Source: Dehalococcoidia bacterium
GTDB lineage: Bacteria; Chloroflexota; Dehalococcoidia; SM23-28-2; HRBIN24
Reading direction: 5' to 3'
Assembly (NCBI GenBank): GCA_034435615.1
Contig: DAOTWZ010000034.1
Coordinates: 4,381 to 68,380, forward strand
Length of the DNA stretch: 64,000 nt
In this document: one piece after another, positions 37,260-47,430 of the stretch
Layout of the letters: every line of letters begins with the position of its first letter
Position numbering within the stretch: position 1 is the first letter of the stretch
The notes under the pieces: model-generated
What the model saw: only the letters and a program-made list of their open reading frames with translations
The model's database searches: none
What the model was told of the DNA's origin: nothing
Position numbers and translations under genes: made by a program

Positions 37260-37451
37260 CACAAAGGGAGCGGGACGCTATCTTACTGGCGTAATGCAAG
37301 CTGGAGCCCCTTCCGTGCTGCGACGACGGGCCCGAGCCGGGCGCAGTGGGGGGCTTTAGCGCGCCTTACGCCAGAACCAGGGTATAGCGGAAGTGACTAA
37401 AGCCCCACCAGCGCAGGCCGGTGGGGCTGAATCATTTAGGGGTCTGGAGCG

Positions 37452-38489
37452 ATGATCAGAGCGGGCATCCTCAACGTCACCGGCTACGCCGGGGCTGAGC
37501 TGGCGCGGCTCCTGCGCCTCCATCCCCAGGTGCGGCTGACCTCCGTCACGGGGCGCTCGTCGGTAGGCAAGCCACTGGCGGAGGTCTTCCCTCACCTGGC
37601 CTGCTACGACCTGCCCATTCGGGAGGAGCTGGACGGCGTGGACGTGGTCTTCTCCGCCCTCCCCCACGCCGCCAGCGCCGAGGCCCTCCTCCCTCTGGCC
37701 CGGGCCGGCCTTCCCGTCATCGACCTCTCGGCCGACTTCCGCCTGCGCGACCCCCAGGAGTACGCCGAGTGGTACGGTGTCTCCCACCCTGCCCCGGAGC
37801 TGCTGGAGGAGGCGGTCTACGGCCTCACGGAGCTCAACCGGGAGTCGGTGCGGGGGGCGCGGCTGGTGGCCAACCCTGGCTGCTACCCCACCGGGGCGCT
37901 GCTGGCCCTGGCCCCCGCCCTGCGGGAGGGGCTCGTGGAGGCCGACATCGTGGTGGACGCCAAGTCCGGCGTCTCGGGCGCCGGCCGCACCGTTGGCCTC
38001 ACCTACCACTATTCGGAAGCCAACGAGAGCGTGGCCGCCTACGGACTGAAGGGGCACCGCCACCTGCCGGAGATGGCCCAGGAGCTGGCCCGCCTGACGA
38101 AAGACGGCGCCCGGCCCCGCCTCACCTTCGTTCCCCACCTGATACCCATGACCCGCGGCATCCTCACCACCTGCTACGCTCCCCTGCGCCCGGGTGCCCT
38201 ACCCGCAGGGGAGGCGGCCCGTCAGGCGCTGCTGGAGCTCTACCGGGAGGCCTACCGGGGCGAGCCCTTCGTGCGGGTGGTGGGTGAGCCGCCCACCACC
38301 AAGCAGACCTGGGGCAGCAATCTCTGCCTGGTCTACCCCACGGTGGACCTGCGGGCGGAGCGGCTGGTGGTGGTCAGCGCCATCGACAATCTGGTGAAGG
38401 GGGCGGCCGGCCAGGCCATCCAGAACATGAACGTGATGCTGGGTCTGCCGGAGGAAACGGGGCTGGAGGCCCCGCCGGTCTACCCGTGA
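37452..38489 (+). CDS. argC: N-acetyl-gamma-glutamyl-phosphate reductase
   Basis: ArgC family; catalytic Cys in the PGCYPT motif. Confidence 0.93.
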   Translation: MIRAGILNVTGYAGAELARLLRLHPQVRLTSVTGRSSVGKPLAEVFPHLACYDLPIREELDGVDVVFSALPHAASAEALLPLARAGLPVIDLSADFRLRDPQEYAEWYGVSHPAPELLEEAVYGLTELNRESVRGARLVANPGCYPTGALLALAPALREGLVEADIVVDAKSGVSGAGRTVGLTYHYSEANESVAAYGLKGHRHLPEMAQELARLTKDGARPRLTFVPHLIPMTRGILTTCYAPLRPGALPAGEAARQALLELYREAYRGEPFVRVVGEPPTTKQTWGSNLCLVYPTVDLRAERLVVVSAIDNLVKGAAGQAIQNMNVMLGLPEETGLEAPPVYP

Positions 38490-38503
38490 GGAGGCAAGAC
38501 CAG

Positions 38504-39721
38504 ATGGAGAGCTCCATCGAGCCCATAGAGGGCGGCACCGTCACCAGCCCGGCCGGCTTTCAGGCCGCCGCCGCCCACGCTGGCATCCGCTACAACCCCA
38601 ACAAGTTCGACCTGGGCCTCCTCTACTCGGAGGCGCCCTGCGCCGCCGCCGCCGTCTATACCGCCAACCGGGTGCGGGCCGCCCCCCTCTTGGTCACCGA
38701 GGAGCACCTGGCCAACGGCCGCGCCCAGGCCGTCATCGCCAATAGCGGCTGCGCCAACGCCGCCACCGGCCGCCGCGGACTGGAGGACGCCCGCGCCATG
38801 GCCCGCCTGGCCGCCCGCAAGCTGGGCCTGGACGCCAGCGACGTGGCCGTAGCCTCCACCGGCGTCATCGGCACCTTCCTGCCCATGGCCAAGATCGAGG
38901 CGGCCCTGGAGACGATGACGCTGGGGCGTGAGCGGGGGCTGGACTTCTCCCTGGCCATCATGACCACCGATACCCGCCCCAAGCACCTGGCGCTGCGCTT
39001 CGGCCCTTATACCCTGGGCGCCGCGGCCAAGGGGGCGGGGATGATCCACCCCAACATGGCCACCATGCTCTGCTTCCTCACCACCGATGCCCCCGTCGCC
39101 CAGCCCTTCCTGCAGCGGGCCCTACGGGAGGCGGTGGACGATTCCTTCAACCTCATCGACGTCGACTCCGACACCAGCACCAACGACATGGTGCTGGTCT
39201 TGGCCAACGGCCTGGCGGGAGGGAAGCCCATAGACGAGGGCCACCCCCTGGCGGGGACGTTCCGGGAGGCGCTCCTCCTGGCCTGTCGGGAGATGGGGCG
39301 GGCCATCGTGGCCGACGCCGAGGGCGCCACCCGCGTCATCCAGGTGACGGTGGTGGGGGCGGCCTCGCGTCAGGACGCTCGCCGGGCCGCCCGGGAGGTG
39401 GTCCGCTCCCTGGGGGTGAAGACGGCCGTCAAGGGGGCCGACCCCAACTGGGGCCGCATCGTGGCGGCGGTGGGCAACAGCGGCTGCGAACTGGACCTGG
39501 ATCGTCTCTGCCTCTGGCTGCTGGACCCGGACGGCAACGACCTCTGCCTCTTCTGCCTGGGCCAGCCGGAGCCCTTTGATGCCGTCCGGGCCAAGGAGTT
39601 GCTGCGTCAGCCCGATGTCCGCTTCCGCATAGACCTGGGGCTGGGAGAGGGGGCGGCTACTGCCTGGGGCTCCGACCTCACGGAGGACTACGTCCGCCTC
39701 AACAGCCTGTACACCACCTGA
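38504..39721 (+). CDS. argJ: bifunctional glutamate N-acetyltransferase / amino-acid acetyltransferase ArgJ
   Basis: ArgJ family with the autoproteolytic ATML motif (PNMATMLCF). Start at ATG 38504 after a GAGGAGG RBS. Confidence 0.9.
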   Translation: MESSIEPIEGGTVTSPAGFQAAAAHAGIRYNPNKFDLGLLYSEAPCAAAAVYTANRVRAAPLLVTEEHLANGRAQAVIANSGCANAATGRRGLEDARAMARLAARKLGLDASDVAVASTGVIGTFLPMAKIEAALETMTLGRERGLDFSLAIMTTDTRPKHLALRFGPYTLGAAAKGAGMIHPNMATMLCFLTTDAPVAQPFLQRALREAVDDSFNLIDVDSDTSTNDMVLVLANGLAGGKPIDEGHPLAGTFREALLLACREMGRAIVADAEGATRVIQVTVVGAASRQDARRAAREVVRSLGVKTAVKGADPNWGRIVAAVGNSGCELDLDRLCLWLLDPDGNDLCLFCLGQPEPFDAVRAKELLRQPDVRFRIDLGLGEGAATAWGSDLTEDYVRLNSLYTT

Positions 39722-39732
39722 GGAACGCTGAG

Positions 39733-40506
39733 ATGGACGCCGTGGTGGTCAAGATCGGTGGCTCCACCCTGGGGGAGCACGATACCAGCCTGGACGATCT
39801 GGCGGCCCTGTGGCGAAGGGGCCTGCGGCCGGTGCTGGTCCACGGTGGCGGCGCTCTGGTCTCCCGCTGGCTGGAGCGGCAGGGGGCGCCGGTGCGCTTC
39901 CACCGCGGCCAGCGCGTCACCGACCCGGAGACGCTGCAGGTGGTGGCGGCGGTGCTGGCGGGCCTGGTGAACAAAGAGCTGGTGGCCGAGCTCCAGGGCC
40001 GGGGCCTGCCTGCTCTCGGCCTCTCCGGGGCGGACGGCGCCCTCCTGCGGGCCCGCCTGGCGTCGCCCGAGCTGGGCCTGGTAGGAGAGGTGACGGGGGT
40101 GGCGACCGACCTCCTCCATCGCCTCCTGGAGGGGGGGCTCCTCCCCGTGGTGGCGCCCCTGGCCCTGGAGTGGCAGGAGGGGAGGGCCACGGGGCGCCTC
40201 CTGAACGTCAACGCCGATGTGGCCGCCGGCGCCATCGCCGGCGCTCTGGGGGCGCGTCTCCTCGTCCTCCTGACCGATGTCCCAGGCGTGCGGGACGGCC
40301 AGGAGCGGGTGCTGGCCCGCCTCTCGGCCGGGGAGGCGGAGTGCCTCATCGCTCAGGGGGCCATCGCCGGGGGGATGGTGCCCAAGGTGGAGGCCTGCCT
40401 CAGGGCCAGCGCCTCCGGCGTGCGGGCCGTCATCGCCGATGGCCGCCAGCAGGGCTCCCTTCTGGCGGCTGTAGACGGCGGCGCTATCGGCACTATAATT
40501 GAGTAA
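39733..40506 (+). CDS. argB: acetylglutamate kinase
   Basis: Amino-acid kinase family with the VVKIGGS motif. Confidence 0.93.
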   Translation: MDAVVVKIGGSTLGEHDTSLDDLAALWRRGLRPVLVHGGGALVSRWLERQGAPVRFHRGQRVTDPETLQVVAAVLAGLVNKELVAELQGRGLPALGLSGADGALLRARLASPELGLVGEVTGVATDLLHRLLEGGLLPVVAPLALEWQEGRATGRLLNVNADVAAGAIAGALGARLLVLLTDVPGVRDGQERVLARLSAGEAECLIAQGAIAGGMVPKVEACLRASASGVRAVIADGRQQGSLLAAVDGGAIGTIIE

Positions 40507-40548
40507 ACTTCACGGAGCCCTGGCTTGGGCGCGCAGGAGGCGATGGAG

Positions 40549-41466
40549 ATGTTCGAGAAGCTTCTCGTTCCCCTGGACGGCTCTCCACGCTCGGAGGCGA
40601 TACTGCGCCCGGTATCCTTCCTGGCCAGCAGGGCGGGCAGCCGGGTGACCCTGCTCTACGTGCTGGAGGCGCCGGTAGAGGACCATGAGCACGAGGCCGA
40701 CATCCAGCGCAGCCTCCAGAGCCGCTGGGAGCAGGCGGCCCCGCTGGCCCGCCAGTACCTGGCCGAGACCGCCCGCGGCCTGGAGCTGCCCGAGGAGACG
40801 GTGGACTTTGAGGTGGTGGCGGGCCGCCCGGCTGAGGCCATAGTGGACTACGCCGAGAGCCATGGCTACTCCCTCATCGCCATGGCGACGCGGGGCCGCG
40901 GTCTGCTGCCCGGCAGCTTCATCGGTAGCGTGGTGCACCGCGTCTTCCACATGACCCGCCTGCCCATGCTGGTGGTCCGTCCCCAGCGACGGCGCGGCTT
41001 CTGGGTGGCCCCCTCCCGCTTCACCCGCATCGTGGTGCCGCTGGACGGCTCCGAGCTGGCGGAGACGGCCCTCCCCTACGCCGAGGAGCTGGCCCGCCGT
41101 CTCTCCCTGCCGGTGGCCCTGGTGCAGGCGGTGCCCGGGCCGGTAGAGGTCCCAGTGGGGGCTAGCCGCATCGTCCTCTGGGACCTCCGGGGGACGCAGG
41201 AGAGCCGGCTGGACGTGGTGGCCACCGGCTACCTGGCCCGCGTGGGTAGCCGGTTGTCCGAGAAGGGCATACGGGTAGACTGGGACGTGAGCGGCGGCGC
41301 GGCGGCGGACGTCATCCTGAGCTGGGCCAAGCGCAACGGGCCGGCCCTCATCGTCATGGCAACCCGGGGCCGCTCAGGCCTGGCCCACTGGCTGGGCAGT
41401 GTTACCGAGGCGGTGGTCCGGCAGGCCACCTCCCCGGTGCTGATGGTGCCGCCGGCCACTCGCTAG
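40549..41466 (+). CDS. universal stress protein (tandem UspA domains)
   Basis: Two UspA-like halves (LLVPLDGS... and IVVPLDGS...). ATG 40549 is chosen for RBS spacing; TTG 40525 and ATG 40543 are alternatives. Confidence 0.78.
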   Translation: MFEKLLVPLDGSPRSEAILRPVSFLASRAGSRVTLLYVLEAPVEDHEHEADIQRSLQSRWEQAAPLARQYLAETARGLELPEETVDFEVVAGRPAEAIVDYAESHGYSLIAMATRGRGLLPGSFIGSVVHRVFHMTRLPMLVVRPQRRRGFWVAPSRFTRIVVPLDGSELAETALPYAEELARRLSLPVALVQAVPGPVEVPVGASRIVLWDLRGTQESRLDVVATGYLARVGSRLSEKGIRVDWDVSGGAAADVILSWAKRNGPALIVMATRGRSGLAHWLGSVTEAVVRQATSPVLMVPPATR

Positions 41467-41468
41467 CC

Positions 41469-42659
41469 ATGAGCGACTGGGCCGAACTGGAACGCCGCCA
41501 CTACATGAACGTGGCCAAGCGCCTGCCGGTGGTGCTGGTCCGCGGCGAGGGCCCCTACGTCTACGATGAGGAGGGGCGTCGCTATCTGGACATGGTGGCC
41601 GGCATCGCCGTGGTCAGCCTGGGCCACTGCCACCCGGCGGTGGTTCAGGCCCTCGCCGAGCAGGCGGGCCGGCTCATGCACGTCTCCAACCTCTTCTACA
41701 CTGTCCCCCAGCTCCAGCTGGCGGAGCTCCTCTGCCAGCTCTCCGGCCTGGACCGCGTCTTCTTCTGCAACAGCGGCGCCGAGGCGGTGGAGGGATGCAT
41801 AAAGCTGGCCCGCAAGTGGGGGAAGGAGCGGCGGGACGGCGCCTACGAGATCATCGTGGCCGAGAACGCCTTCCACGGGCGCACCCTGGCCACGGTAACG
41901 GCCAGCGGCGCCGAGCGCTACCGCGCCCCCTTTGAGCCCCTTCCCCCGGGCTTCGTGCGCGTCCCCTTCGGCGATATTGAGGCCATACGGCAGGCCACCA
42001 GCCAGCGGACGGCGGCGGTTCTGCTGGAGCCCATCCAGGGCGAGGGCGGCGTCTACGTCCCTCCGGAGGACTACCTGCGACAGGTTCGGGCCTGGTGCGA
42101 CGAGGCGGGCATCCTCTTCATGCTGGACGAGGTGCAGACGGGGCTGGGGCGCTGCGGGGCGATGTTCGCCTTCCAGCTCTACGACGCGCCGCCGGACGTG
42201 ATGGCCCTGGCCAAGGGGCTGGGCGGCGGCTTCCCCATCGGCGCCTTTTTGGCGCGGGAGGAGTGCTCCGTCTTCGTGCCCGGCGACCACGGCAGCACCT
42301 TCGGCGGCAACCCCCTGGCCTGCGCTGTGGCCCACCGCGTGCTGCGCTTCATGGTGGAGGAGGACATACCGGGCCAAGTGGAAGCCAAAGGGCGCTACCT
42401 GGAGGAGAGGCTGCGGGGACTGGCTGACCGTCACCCCATCGTGCGGGAGGTTCGGGGGAGGGGTCTCCTGTGGGCGCTGGAGCTCTCCCGCGACGCCGCT
42501 GAGGAGGCGGTTCACCTGGCGTTGCGGGCGGGCCTGTTGGTGAACAACGTGCGGCCCAACGCCATTCGCCTCATGCCACCCCTCACCATAGAGCGGGAGC
42601 AACTGGAGGAGGCGGTGGCCCTGCTGGACGAGGTGCTCTCTCATCTGGACGGGGCCTAG
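41469..42659 (+). CDS. argD: acetylornithine aminotransferase
   Basis: Class III PLP aminotransferase with a conserved Lys context. Confidence 0.93.
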   Translation: MSDWAELERRHYMNVAKRLPVVLVRGEGPYVYDEEGRRYLDMVAGIAVVSLGHCHPAVVQALAEQAGRLMHVSNLFYTVPQLQLAELLCQLSGLDRVFFCNSGAEAVEGCIKLARKWGKERRDGAYEIIVAENAFHGRTLATVTASGAERYRAPFEPLPPGFVRVPFGDIEAIRQATSQRTAAVLLEPIQGEGGVYVPPEDYLRQVRAWCDEAGILFMLDEVQTGLGRCGAMFAFQLYDAPPDVMALAKGLGGGFPIGAFLAREECSVFVPGDHGSTFGGNPLACAVAHRVLRFMVEEDIPGQVEAKGRYLEERLRGLADRHPIVREVRGRGLLWALELSRDAAEEAVHLALRAGLLVNNVRPNAIRLMPPLTIEREQLEEAVALLDEVLSHLDGA

Positions 42660-42702
42660 GGGGCAGCCTGGCCCCGCAGTCCATCCTGGAGGTCTGGCCG
42701 TA

Positions 42703-43926
42703 ATGGGCGAGAAAGTGGTGCTGGCATATTCCGGCGGTCTGGATACCTCGGTGGCCATCCGCTGGCTGAAGGAAGAACGCGGCTACGATGTGGTGGCCCT
42801 GACGGTGGACGTGGGCTTGGACCGCGACCGCGAGACGCTGCAGTCCCGGGCGCTGGCGGCCGGGGCCAGCCGTTTCCTGTGGCGGGATGCCCGGCGCACT
42901 TTCCTGCAGGACTACGCCTTCCGCGCCCTCCAGGCGGGGGCGGTCTATCAGGGGCACTATCCCCTGGCCACCGCCCTCTCCCGGCCGCTCATCGCCAAGC
43001 TGCTGGTGGAGGTGGCCCGGGAGGAAGGGGCCACGGCGGTGGCTCACGGCTGCACCGGCAAGGGGAACGACCAGGTGCGCTTCGACGTCTCGGTGCAGGC
43101 GCTGGCGCCCGACCTGCGCATCGTCGCCCCCCTGCGGGAGTGGGACATGGACCGCCAGCGGGAGATCGAGTACGCCGCCCGCCACAACATCCCCGTGCCG
43201 GTGACCAGGGAGAGCCCCTACTCCGTGGATGCCAATCTGTGGGGCCGCAGCGTGGAGTCCGGGCCCCTGGAGGACCCCTGGCAGGAGCCGCCGGAGGAGG
43301 CCTTCGAATGGACGCGCCCCCTGGAGCGGACGCCGGACCGCCCCGCCTACGTGGAGATCACCTTCCAGGAGGGCGTCCCCGTGGCCCTGGACGGACGCGA
43401 GCTGGGGCCCGTTGAGCTGGTGCAGTCTCTCAACAGCCTGGCCGGGGAGCACGGCGTGGGCCGCATCGATATGCTGGAGGACCGCCTGGTGGGGATCAAG
43501 TCCCGGGAGGTGTATGAGGCGCCGGCGGCCGTCACCCTCCTGGCCGCCCACGAGGCGCTGGAGCAGATGACCCTCTCCCGGGAGCAGCGGCGCTTCAAGG
43601 CCCGCGTCTCCCAGGAGTATGCGGAGCTGGTCTACTACGGGCTCTGGTTCAGCCAGCACCGTCTGGACCTGGATGCCTACGTCCGCTCCACTCAGCGCCA
43701 CGTCAGCGGCACGGTGCGGGTGAAGCTCCTCAAGGGGCAGGCCACGGTGGTGGGCCGGCGCGCTCCCAGGAGCCTCTACGACTTCTCCCTGGCCACCTAC
43801 GAGGCCGGCGACCGCTTCGACCACCGGGCGGCGCCCGGCTTCATCCACATCTGGGGGCTGCCAGTCAGGGTGCAGGCCCAGGCCCAGCCCCTGGAGCCGG
43901 CGGAGGGAGAGGCCCCGGCTCCCTGA
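42703..43926 (+). CDS. argG: argininosuccinate synthase
   Basis: AYSGGLDTS PP-loop motif and full-length family similarity. Confidence 0.95.
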   Translation: MGEKVVLAYSGGLDTSVAIRWLKEERGYDVVALTVDVGLDRDRETLQSRALAAGASRFLWRDARRTFLQDYAFRALQAGAVYQGHYPLATALSRPLIAKLLVEVAREEGATAVAHGCTGKGNDQVRFDVSVQALAPDLRIVAPLREWDMDRQREIEYAARHNIPVPVTRESPYSVDANLWGRSVESGPLEDPWQEPPEEAFEWTRPLERTPDRPAYVEITFQEGVPVALDGRELGPVELVQSLNSLAGEHGVGRIDMLEDRLVGIKSREVYEAPAAVTLLAAHEALEQMTLSREQRRFKARVSQEYAELVYYGLWFSQHRLDLDAYVRSTQRHVSGTVRVKLLKGQATVVGRRAPRSLYDFSLATYEAGDRFDHRAAPGFIHIWGLPVRVQAQAQPLEPAEGEAPAP

Positions 43927-44109
43927 GCCTCTTCCCCATTGTCAGGGGCCGCTCCCTCTGGCATACTCAGGGCGAGGCCCGCCGAGCGACCCCCTCCCCG
44001 AAGGACATCCGAAGGCACGGCTGCCGGAGACCCCTAGGTCCAGGCGACGTGGACAGGCCGGTCGCCCCCAAGGCCTCCCGTCCCTTCTGACAAGCCGGGG
44101 AGGAGCGCC

Positions 44110-45153
44110 ATGCGCCGGCTGCTTTTGGGCCTCGTCTTCCTCGTCTCCGCCATCGCCTGTAGCGGGGGAGCGGTCCCGCTGCCGACCCCGGGAACGCCCG
44201 CTGGAGGCGGGACGAGCGTCCCTCCCACTGCCACGCCTCCCCCCGCCACCGTCGCCCCGCCGACCTCCGTCCCCTCGCCGCCCCCCGGCCCGCAGCCGGC
44301 GCCTTCGCCCAGTCCACAGCCGCCCCCACCCTCGCCCACGCCGCCGGCCGTCGGCACCACGTACACCGTCCAGGCGGGCGATACCCTCTATTCCATAGCC
44401 CGTCGCTTCGGGGTGACGGTGGAGGCCATCGCAGCCGCCAACGGCCTGACCGACCCCAGCCAGATATACGTGGGCCAGGTGCTGGCGATCCCTGGCGCTC
44501 AGGCCCCGCCGCCCTCCACGCCCGGCGCGGCCAGAGTCGTCAGCAAGGGCGACCCCTCCCGCCGCTTGGTGGCCCTCACCTTCGACGCCGGCGCCGACGC
44601 CGGCTTCACCGCTGTCATCCTGGACACCCTGCGGGCCAACGGCATCCGGGCCAGCTTCGGTATCACCGGGCGCTGGGCGGAGCAGAACCCTGAGCTGTTG
44701 CGGCGCATCGTGAGGGAGGGGCACCACCTCATCAACCACTCCTATGACCACTCCTCTTTCACTGGCCGCTCCACCGGCCGGCCGCCCCTGACACAGGCGG
44801 AGCGCTGGCAGCAACTGGACCGGACCGAGGCGATAGTGCAGTCCCTGACGGGGGCCAGCACCAGGCCCTACTTCCGTCCCCCCTTCGGTGACTACGATGC
44901 CTCCGTCAACGCCGATGTCTACGCCCGCGGTTACCTCTACAACGTCATGTGGACGGTGGACTCCCTGGGCTGGCGAGGACTCCCTGCCCCCGAGATCGTG
45001 CAGCGCTGCCTGGAGCTGGCGGAGCCCGGGGCTATCTACATCTTCCACGTGGGTGGCGCCTCCCAGGACGCCATCGCTCTGCAGCCCGTCATCGATGGCC
45101 TGCGCCGGGCAGGCTACGGCTTCGGCACTGTGCCGGAGGTCATCGCCCCCTAG
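44110..45153 (+). CDS. lipoprotein with Pro-rich linker, LysM domain and polysaccharide deacetylase (NodB) domain
   Basis: Lipobox SAIAC; LysM (YTVQAGDTLYSIARRFGVTVEAIAAANGL); NodB motifs TFDAG and HSYDH. Confidence 0.83.
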   Translation: MRRLLLGLVFLVSAIACSGGAVPLPTPGTPAGGGTSVPPTATPPPATVAPPTSVPSPPPGPQPAPSPSPQPPPPSPTPPAVGTTYTVQAGDTLYSIARRFGVTVEAIAAANGLTDPSQIYVGQVLAIPGAQAPPPSTPGAARVVSKGDPSRRLVALTFDAGADAGFTAVILDTLRANGIRASFGITGRWAEQNPELLRRIVREGHHLINHSYDHSSFTGRSTGRPPLTQAERWQQLDRTEAIVQSLTGASTRPYFRPPFGDYDASVNADVYARGYLYNVMWTVDSLGWRGLPAPEIVQRCLELAEPGAIYIFHVGGASQDAIALQPVIDGLRRAGYGFGTVPEVIAP

Positions 45154-45218
45154 GCCGCTGCTCTTCCCCCTCCTGCCCACGGGCGCTATAGTGCAATAGA
45201 AGCGGAGGGAGGCAGGGC

Positions 45219-45998
45219 ATGAGCATCAAGGCTGTCTTGTTCGACCTGGGCGACACGCTGTGGCACTACCCGGAGATGCGTCCCAGGGACGAAGTGAGGG
45301 AGGAGACCACCCGTCGTCTCCTGGCCCTCATCAAGCGCTGGGGCTACGAGATCAACCTGGACCGGCGCATCATCGGCCGGGACATCCGTCTGGCCATCAC
45401 CGAGGCCACCGAGGACGCCTTCGAGGGCGACCTCAGGAGCCCGGACTACCCGGAGATCTGCCGCCAGGTGGCCCGTCGCCTGGGGATGCGCATCACCAGG
45501 GAGCAGGCGGAGGAGCTGTGGGACACCTGGAACCTGGAGGGCCAGTTCCTGGGCCGCCGCCTCTATCCCGATGTCCTGGACACCCTGCGCTGGCTCAAGG
45601 AGCGGGGTTACCGCCTGGGCTCCATCACCAACCGGGGCTGGTCCGGTCCCCGCTTCTGGAAGGAGATGGACGAGCTGGGCCTCACCCCCTTCTTCGAGGT
45701 GGTGTCCATCTCCTGCGAGGTGGGCTACCTGAAGCCCCACCCCGCCATCTTCTGGCACGCCCTGGAGCGCATGGGCCTCCGCCCGGAGGAGGCGGCCATG
45801 GTGGGAGACCACCTGCGGGCCGACGTGGCCGGCGCCAAGGCCCTGGGGATGGTGGCCATATGGCGTCGCCCGCCCCAGGGGGAGCCCGTGGCCCCCACCG
45901 AGGACGCCCCCGACGACGGTGCCGAGGTGCCCCCCGATTACATCATCGACACCATCGGCCAGATACGGGAGCTACCCATCTTCTCCCGGCCTGACTGA
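45219..45998 (+). CDS. HAD-family hydrolase
   Basis: DxG motif I (VLFDLGDT) and motif IV (VGDH). Confidence 0.83.
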   Translation: MSIKAVLFDLGDTLWHYPEMRPRDEVREETTRRLLALIKRWGYEINLDRRIIGRDIRLAITEATEDAFEGDLRSPDYPEICRQVARRLGMRITREQAEELWDTWNLEGQFLGRRLYPDVLDTLRWLKERGYRLGSITNRGWSGPRFWKEMDELGLTPFFEVVSISCEVGYLKPHPAIFWHALERMGLRPEEAAMVGDHLRADVAGAKALGMVAIWRRPPQGEPVAPTEDAPDDGAEVPPDYIIDTIGQIRELPIFSRPD

Positions 45999-46044
45999 GG
46001 CCGGCGCGGCCGCCCGCAGGGGCCGCTGCTATAATCGCCAGAGA

Positions 46045-47430
46045 ATGGACGACCAGGAAGGACAGCCGGAGAGCCCTACCGCCCAGGGGCTCGATCCCCG
46101 GGCGCTGGCCTACACCGTCTCCCTTCCCTTCGACCACCGCCTCTATCGCTACGACATCGCCTGCTCCATGGCCCATGTGAAGATGCTGGCCCGTCAGGGG
46201 ATCGTCCCTCAGGAGGACGCCGAGGCCATCCTGCTGGCACTGGAGGAGATACGCCGGGAGCTGGAGGAGGGCCGCTTCCCTCTGCGGGAGGAGCTGGAGG
46301 ACATCCATCTGAACATCGAGGCCCGCCTCTACGAGAAGGTGGGAGAGAGGGCGGGCCACCTGCACACCGCTCGCTCCCGCAACGACCTCATCGCCACCGA
46401 CCTGCGCCTCTACGTGCGGGACGCCTGTCAGCAGGCCGTAGGAGGCATTCGGGCGCTCCAGCGTGCCCTCCTGGAGCAGGCGGAGGCCCACCTGGACACG
46501 GTCATGCCCGGCTACACCCACCTGCAGCGGGCGCAGCCAGTGCTCCTGGCCCATCATCTCCTCGCCTACTTCCATATGCTGGAGCGGGACATCGGCCGCT
46601 TCCGGGACTGCCAGCGGCGAGCGGACTGCCTGCCCCTGGGCTCCGGCGCCCTGGCCGGCGTCCCCTACCCCATAGACCGGGAGTACCTGGCCAGGCAGCT
46701 CGGCTTCTCCCGCCTCTCCCCCAATTCCATCGACGCCGTGGCCGACCGCGACTTCATCGTGGAGTTCATCGCCGCCGCTGCCCTCTGTCTCTCTCACCTC
46801 TCCCGGCTGGCGGAGGAGATAGTGCTGTGGGCCAGCCAGGAGTTCGGCTTCCTGGAGCTGCCGGCGGAGTTCGCCACCGGCTCCTCCATCATGCCCCAGA
46901 AGCGGAACCCGGACGTGGCGGAGCTGGCCCGCGCCAGGGCTGCCCGCGTCGCCGGCCACCTCACGGCGATGCTGGCCCTCCTGAAGGCCCTCCCGCTCTC
47001 CTACAACCGCGACCTCCAGGACGACAAGCCCCCTCTCTTCGACAGCGTCGACTGCCTCCTGGCCACCCTGGACGTGATGGCGGCCATGCTCCCCCGCCTT
47101 CGCTTCCGCAAGGAGCGGCTGGAGGAGGCCGCCGCCGACCCCTCTCTCCTGGCCACCGACCTGGCCGATTATCTGGTCCGCAAGGGGATGCCCTTCCGCA
47201 GCGCCTACCGGGCGGTGCGGGAGCTGGTGGCCTACGCCCGCGCCCAGGGACGCAGCCTGCGCGAGCTCTCCTTGGAGGAGTACCGCCGCTTCAGCGAGCT
47301 GTTCGACGAGGATGCCCTGACGCTGGACGCCCGCGCTGCCGTGGCGGCCCGGGACATCCCCGGAGGGACAGCCCCCACCCGGGTCCAGGAGGCGCTGCGG
47401 GAGGCCCGCCGCCGTCTGGAGGAGACGTAG
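46045..47430 (+). CDS. argH: argininosuccinate lyase
   Basis: Fumarate-lyase signature GSSIMPQKRNP. Start at ATG 46045; the track ORF upstream overlaps the HAD gene. Confidence 0.9.
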   Translation: MDDQEGQPESPTAQGLDPRALAYTVSLPFDHRLYRYDIACSMAHVKMLARQGIVPQEDAEAILLALEEIRRELEEGRFPLREELEDIHLNIEARLYEKVGERAGHLHTARSRNDLIATDLRLYVRDACQQAVGGIRALQRALLEQAEAHLDTVMPGYTHLQRAQPVLLAHHLLAYFHMLERDIGRFRDCQRRADCLPLGSGALAGVPYPIDREYLARQLGFSRLSPNSIDAVADRDFIVEFIAAAALCLSHLSRLAEEIVLWASQEFGFLELPAEFATGSSIMPQKRNPDVAELARARAARVAGHLTAMLALLKALPLSYNRDLQDDKPPLFDSVDCLLATLDVMAAMLPRLRFRKERLEEAAADPSLLATDLADYLVRKGMPFRSAYRAVRELVAYARAQGRSLRELSLEEYRRFSELFDEDALTLDARAAVAARDIPGGTAPTRVQEALREARRRLEET

